DNA of 63,056 nt, the filler included, from Hyphochytrium catenoides (Eukaryota > Protista > Hyphochytriomycota), in assembly GCA_900088475.1 (NCBI GenBank). It is 5 parts of 5 records of this genome, joined end to end, with 100 filler letters (N's around TTAATTAATTAA, not from the genome) between each part and the next. Parts side by side here need not be neighbours in the genome. Positions count along the whole stretch, not along the records: positions 57,548 to 61,510 come from FLMG01000163.1; positions 61,611 to 63,056 come from FLMG01004005.1; 3 more parts are not named here. One strand, 5' to 3'. This document shows positions 61,050-63,056 of this stretch, piece by piece (position 1 is the first letter of the stretch; each line of letters starts with the position of its first letter). The position numbers and the translations under genes are program-made. The notes below the pieces were generated by a model. It ran no database searches and was not told the origin of the DNA. It saw only the letters and a program-made list of their open reading frames with translations.

Positions 61050-61275
61050 AAGAAGAAAAGGGAGAGAGAAGAAAGAAGAGAAGGGAGAGAGAAGAAGGAA
61101 GAGAGGGGAGAGAGAAGAAAGAAGAGAAGGGAGAGAAAAAGAAAGAAGAGAAGGGAGAGAAAAAGAAGAGAAGGGAGAGAGAAGATAGAAGAGAAGGGAG
61201 AGAGAAGAAAGAAGAGAAGGGAGAGAGAAGAAAGAAGAGAAGGGAGAGAGGAGAAAGAAGAGAAGGGAGAGAGAA
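61050..61275. repeat. Purine-only ~23-nt minisatellite (GGGAGAGAGAAGAAAGAAGAGAA)
   Basis: About 9-10 imperfect tandem copies visible within a longer polypurine tract. Confidence 0.8.
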
Positions 61276-61510
61276 GAACGAAAATAAGGGAGAGAGGAGA
61301 AGAAGAGAAGGGAAAAAAGAGAGACGGTAAAGGAAAATAGTGAAAGACCAGAGAGAGGGGTTGGTAAGAGACATTGGGGAGCTTGGAGAGACAAAAGTTG
61401 CCGAGAGAAGGTAAAAAGAGTGACCGGAGGGAGAGAGAGCGAGAGAGAGAGTTGGGGAGAAAGAGAGAGCTGGGGGAAGGGAGAAAGTGGGGCCCTTGGG
61501 GGGGGGAGAG

Positions 61511-61610
61511 NNNNNNNNNNNNNNNNNNNNNNNNNNNNNNNNNNNNNNNNNNNNTTAATTAATTAANNNNNNNNNNNNNNNNNNNNNNNNNNNNNNNNNN
61601 NNNNNNNNNN
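61511..61610. other. Artificial contig linker
   Basis: N44-TTAATTAATTAA-N44. Confidence 0.97.
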
Positions 61611-61831
61611 GCAAGGTGTTGAGGAAGCAGCTGGAGTGGCAGATTGAACATCCTCAAGGGTCCAAGGAGGATTGCCTGGAGGCTTTGCGCAGAGAGCTGC
61701 CGTACATTGTGGAAGAGGAGAAGAGAAGGGAGAAGGAAGATGGAACATAGTCAGAGCTCACTACTCCTGCTCGTAAAGAGTAACAGCTATTTCACATTTA
61801 TTTCTCCCTTCTTGGGGCAACAGCGCCTTAG

Positions 61832-62780
61832 TTACGTCGCTAACATCGCTGGGCTTGCGTTATTCGCCTCATTAGTAAGCCCTTCAATGAGCTCATTGAG
61901 CGGCGCAAGCTGGTCCTTCTCGATGAGACTGAACTCCTGGACGAAGAGGATGAAGTGCTTGAAGCAAGTGTTGAGGTGCGCTTCAGCCCCAAGCGCCACC
62001 ACCTTATCAAAGTGCGAATAGTAGATGTGACCATACACGCGGAAGAGGCGCTTGAAGATTGTCTTCACAATAGACTCGAAGTTCTTGGGAAACGGTGTGC
62101 CTGGATTGAGGAAAACATCCATCAAATATCTGTTTGGCGACTGTCTCATACAGTCTGATGTTAAGATTATGGCCCTTACTTTCCAACCTCCTCTTTGTGT
62201 GTGTCTCTCCCTGTCTCTTGTCATCACGCTCCCTCGCCTCCAAGTCAGTTATTCCTCTAACTTTCAGAATAAGTACCCCAAAGAGTGGGCACACAGGCAA
62301 AGTGTCGAACCTGTGGAGGTCGGGAACACTTCTTCATTGTCAAGCTGTGACGCGATCCATGTCATCAGGTAATCGATGTACTCAGGCGCCGAGCAGTGAA
62401 TGGGAATCTTGATGCTGGTCCCGTCAGCCCAGAGGTACTCGTACCTGTGCCAAACGGTTGAGATTGCTAGGGAGAGGAGTACTTGAGCATCATTAAGGAC
62501 GTAGGAAAGACAATGGCATAGACCGAGACATGACGAGAAGCAAGGCGAAGAGACAGGTCCTCGGACAGCTGACAATGAAAGAGAGAGGGAGAAGCAAAGC
62601 CAAGAGGAAATGACAGGTAAAAAGTCCTAGTAGCAGTGGGAACGAATGTAAGGTTTGGCAGAGGAAAAAGGGTCTGGTTGCCATACTTGGGTCCAGCAGA
62701 CATGACCTTGCAGGTCTCCGCCGTGCAAAATTCTGCAATAGTGCCGTAGAGAAGGCTGATCTCATTATAAAAGTCAAATG
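61832..62780 (-). CDS. MOB1: MOB kinase activator 1 (3' exons; 5' end beyond window)
   Basis: Exons 62780-62687, 62444-62311 and 62100-61832: DFYNEISLLYGTIAEFCT..MSAGPK|YEYLWADG..SAPEYIDYLMTW..|FPKNF..IFKRLFRVYGHIYYSHF..EAHLNTCFKHF. Confidence 0.97.
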
Positions 62781-62942
62781 CTACGCAGGCAGAGAAGAAA
62801 GGATGAGAGGCTGTTCGAGGAAGGCCGTTTGTCTCCCCGAACTTTCCTATAGGCATGTGCCGCATAGCAGATTCCTCTTACGCGCTTTCTTTTAGCTGCC
62901 TCCCCGTCATCCTCTTCTGCCTCTCTCTCTCGTCTCTCTCTG

Positions 62943-62987
<45 letters not shown>

Positions 62988-63056
62988 GCTTCCTCTCCTT
63001 TTGCCTCTCTATTCTCTCTCTTCACTCTTGCCGCGCTCCCTCTTCTCAATGCCAGC

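Noticed and set aside
58470-61394. 602-aa and 301-aa minus-strand ORFs
   Set aside because: Mostly CT-repeat intron read-through; only the embedded SMP/C2 exons are coding.
1-63056. Alternative genetic code or introner-type repeated introns
   Set aside because: All three stop codons terminate conserved genes, no in-frame stops were seen in conserved exons, and the introns I compared share no sequence beyond microsatellites.

Overview
Intron-rich eukaryotic DNA with the standard genetic code (TAA, TAG and TGA all end genes here). It is most likely a flagellated stramenopile, inferred from the Sec22 N-terminus, an oomycete-style PX-RING gene and a TEDC1 homolog. The window is five contigs joined by artificial 100-nt N44-TTAATTAATTAA-N44 linkers, so neighbourhoods are meaningful only within 1-19957, 20058-49940, 50041-57447, 57548-61510 and 61611-63056. 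Recognisable genes are TEDC1-like, an ankyrin protein, a PX-RING E3, cohesin SCC3/STAG, SEC22, an SLC35A nucleotide-sugar transporter, a HUWE1/UPL1-type HECT E3, an SMP-C2 synaptotagmin-like gene and MOB1. The most unusual object is a ~9-kb multi-exon gene (10037-19057) for a kinase-less single-pass receptor. It has two homologous LRR modules with matching exon structure, separated by a ~490-aa Pro/Thr/Ser stalk and followed by an exon-modular Cys-rich rod. Also of note are an intronless 1236-aa orphan membrane protein head-to-head with a 7TM-like gene, a RasGAP-like ORF apparently lacking the arginine finger, two decayed copies of a possible AAA-ATPase/PD-(D/E)XK nuclease element, and a non-LTR retrotransposon relic. 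All exon structures were inferred by eye, and no database searches were run.
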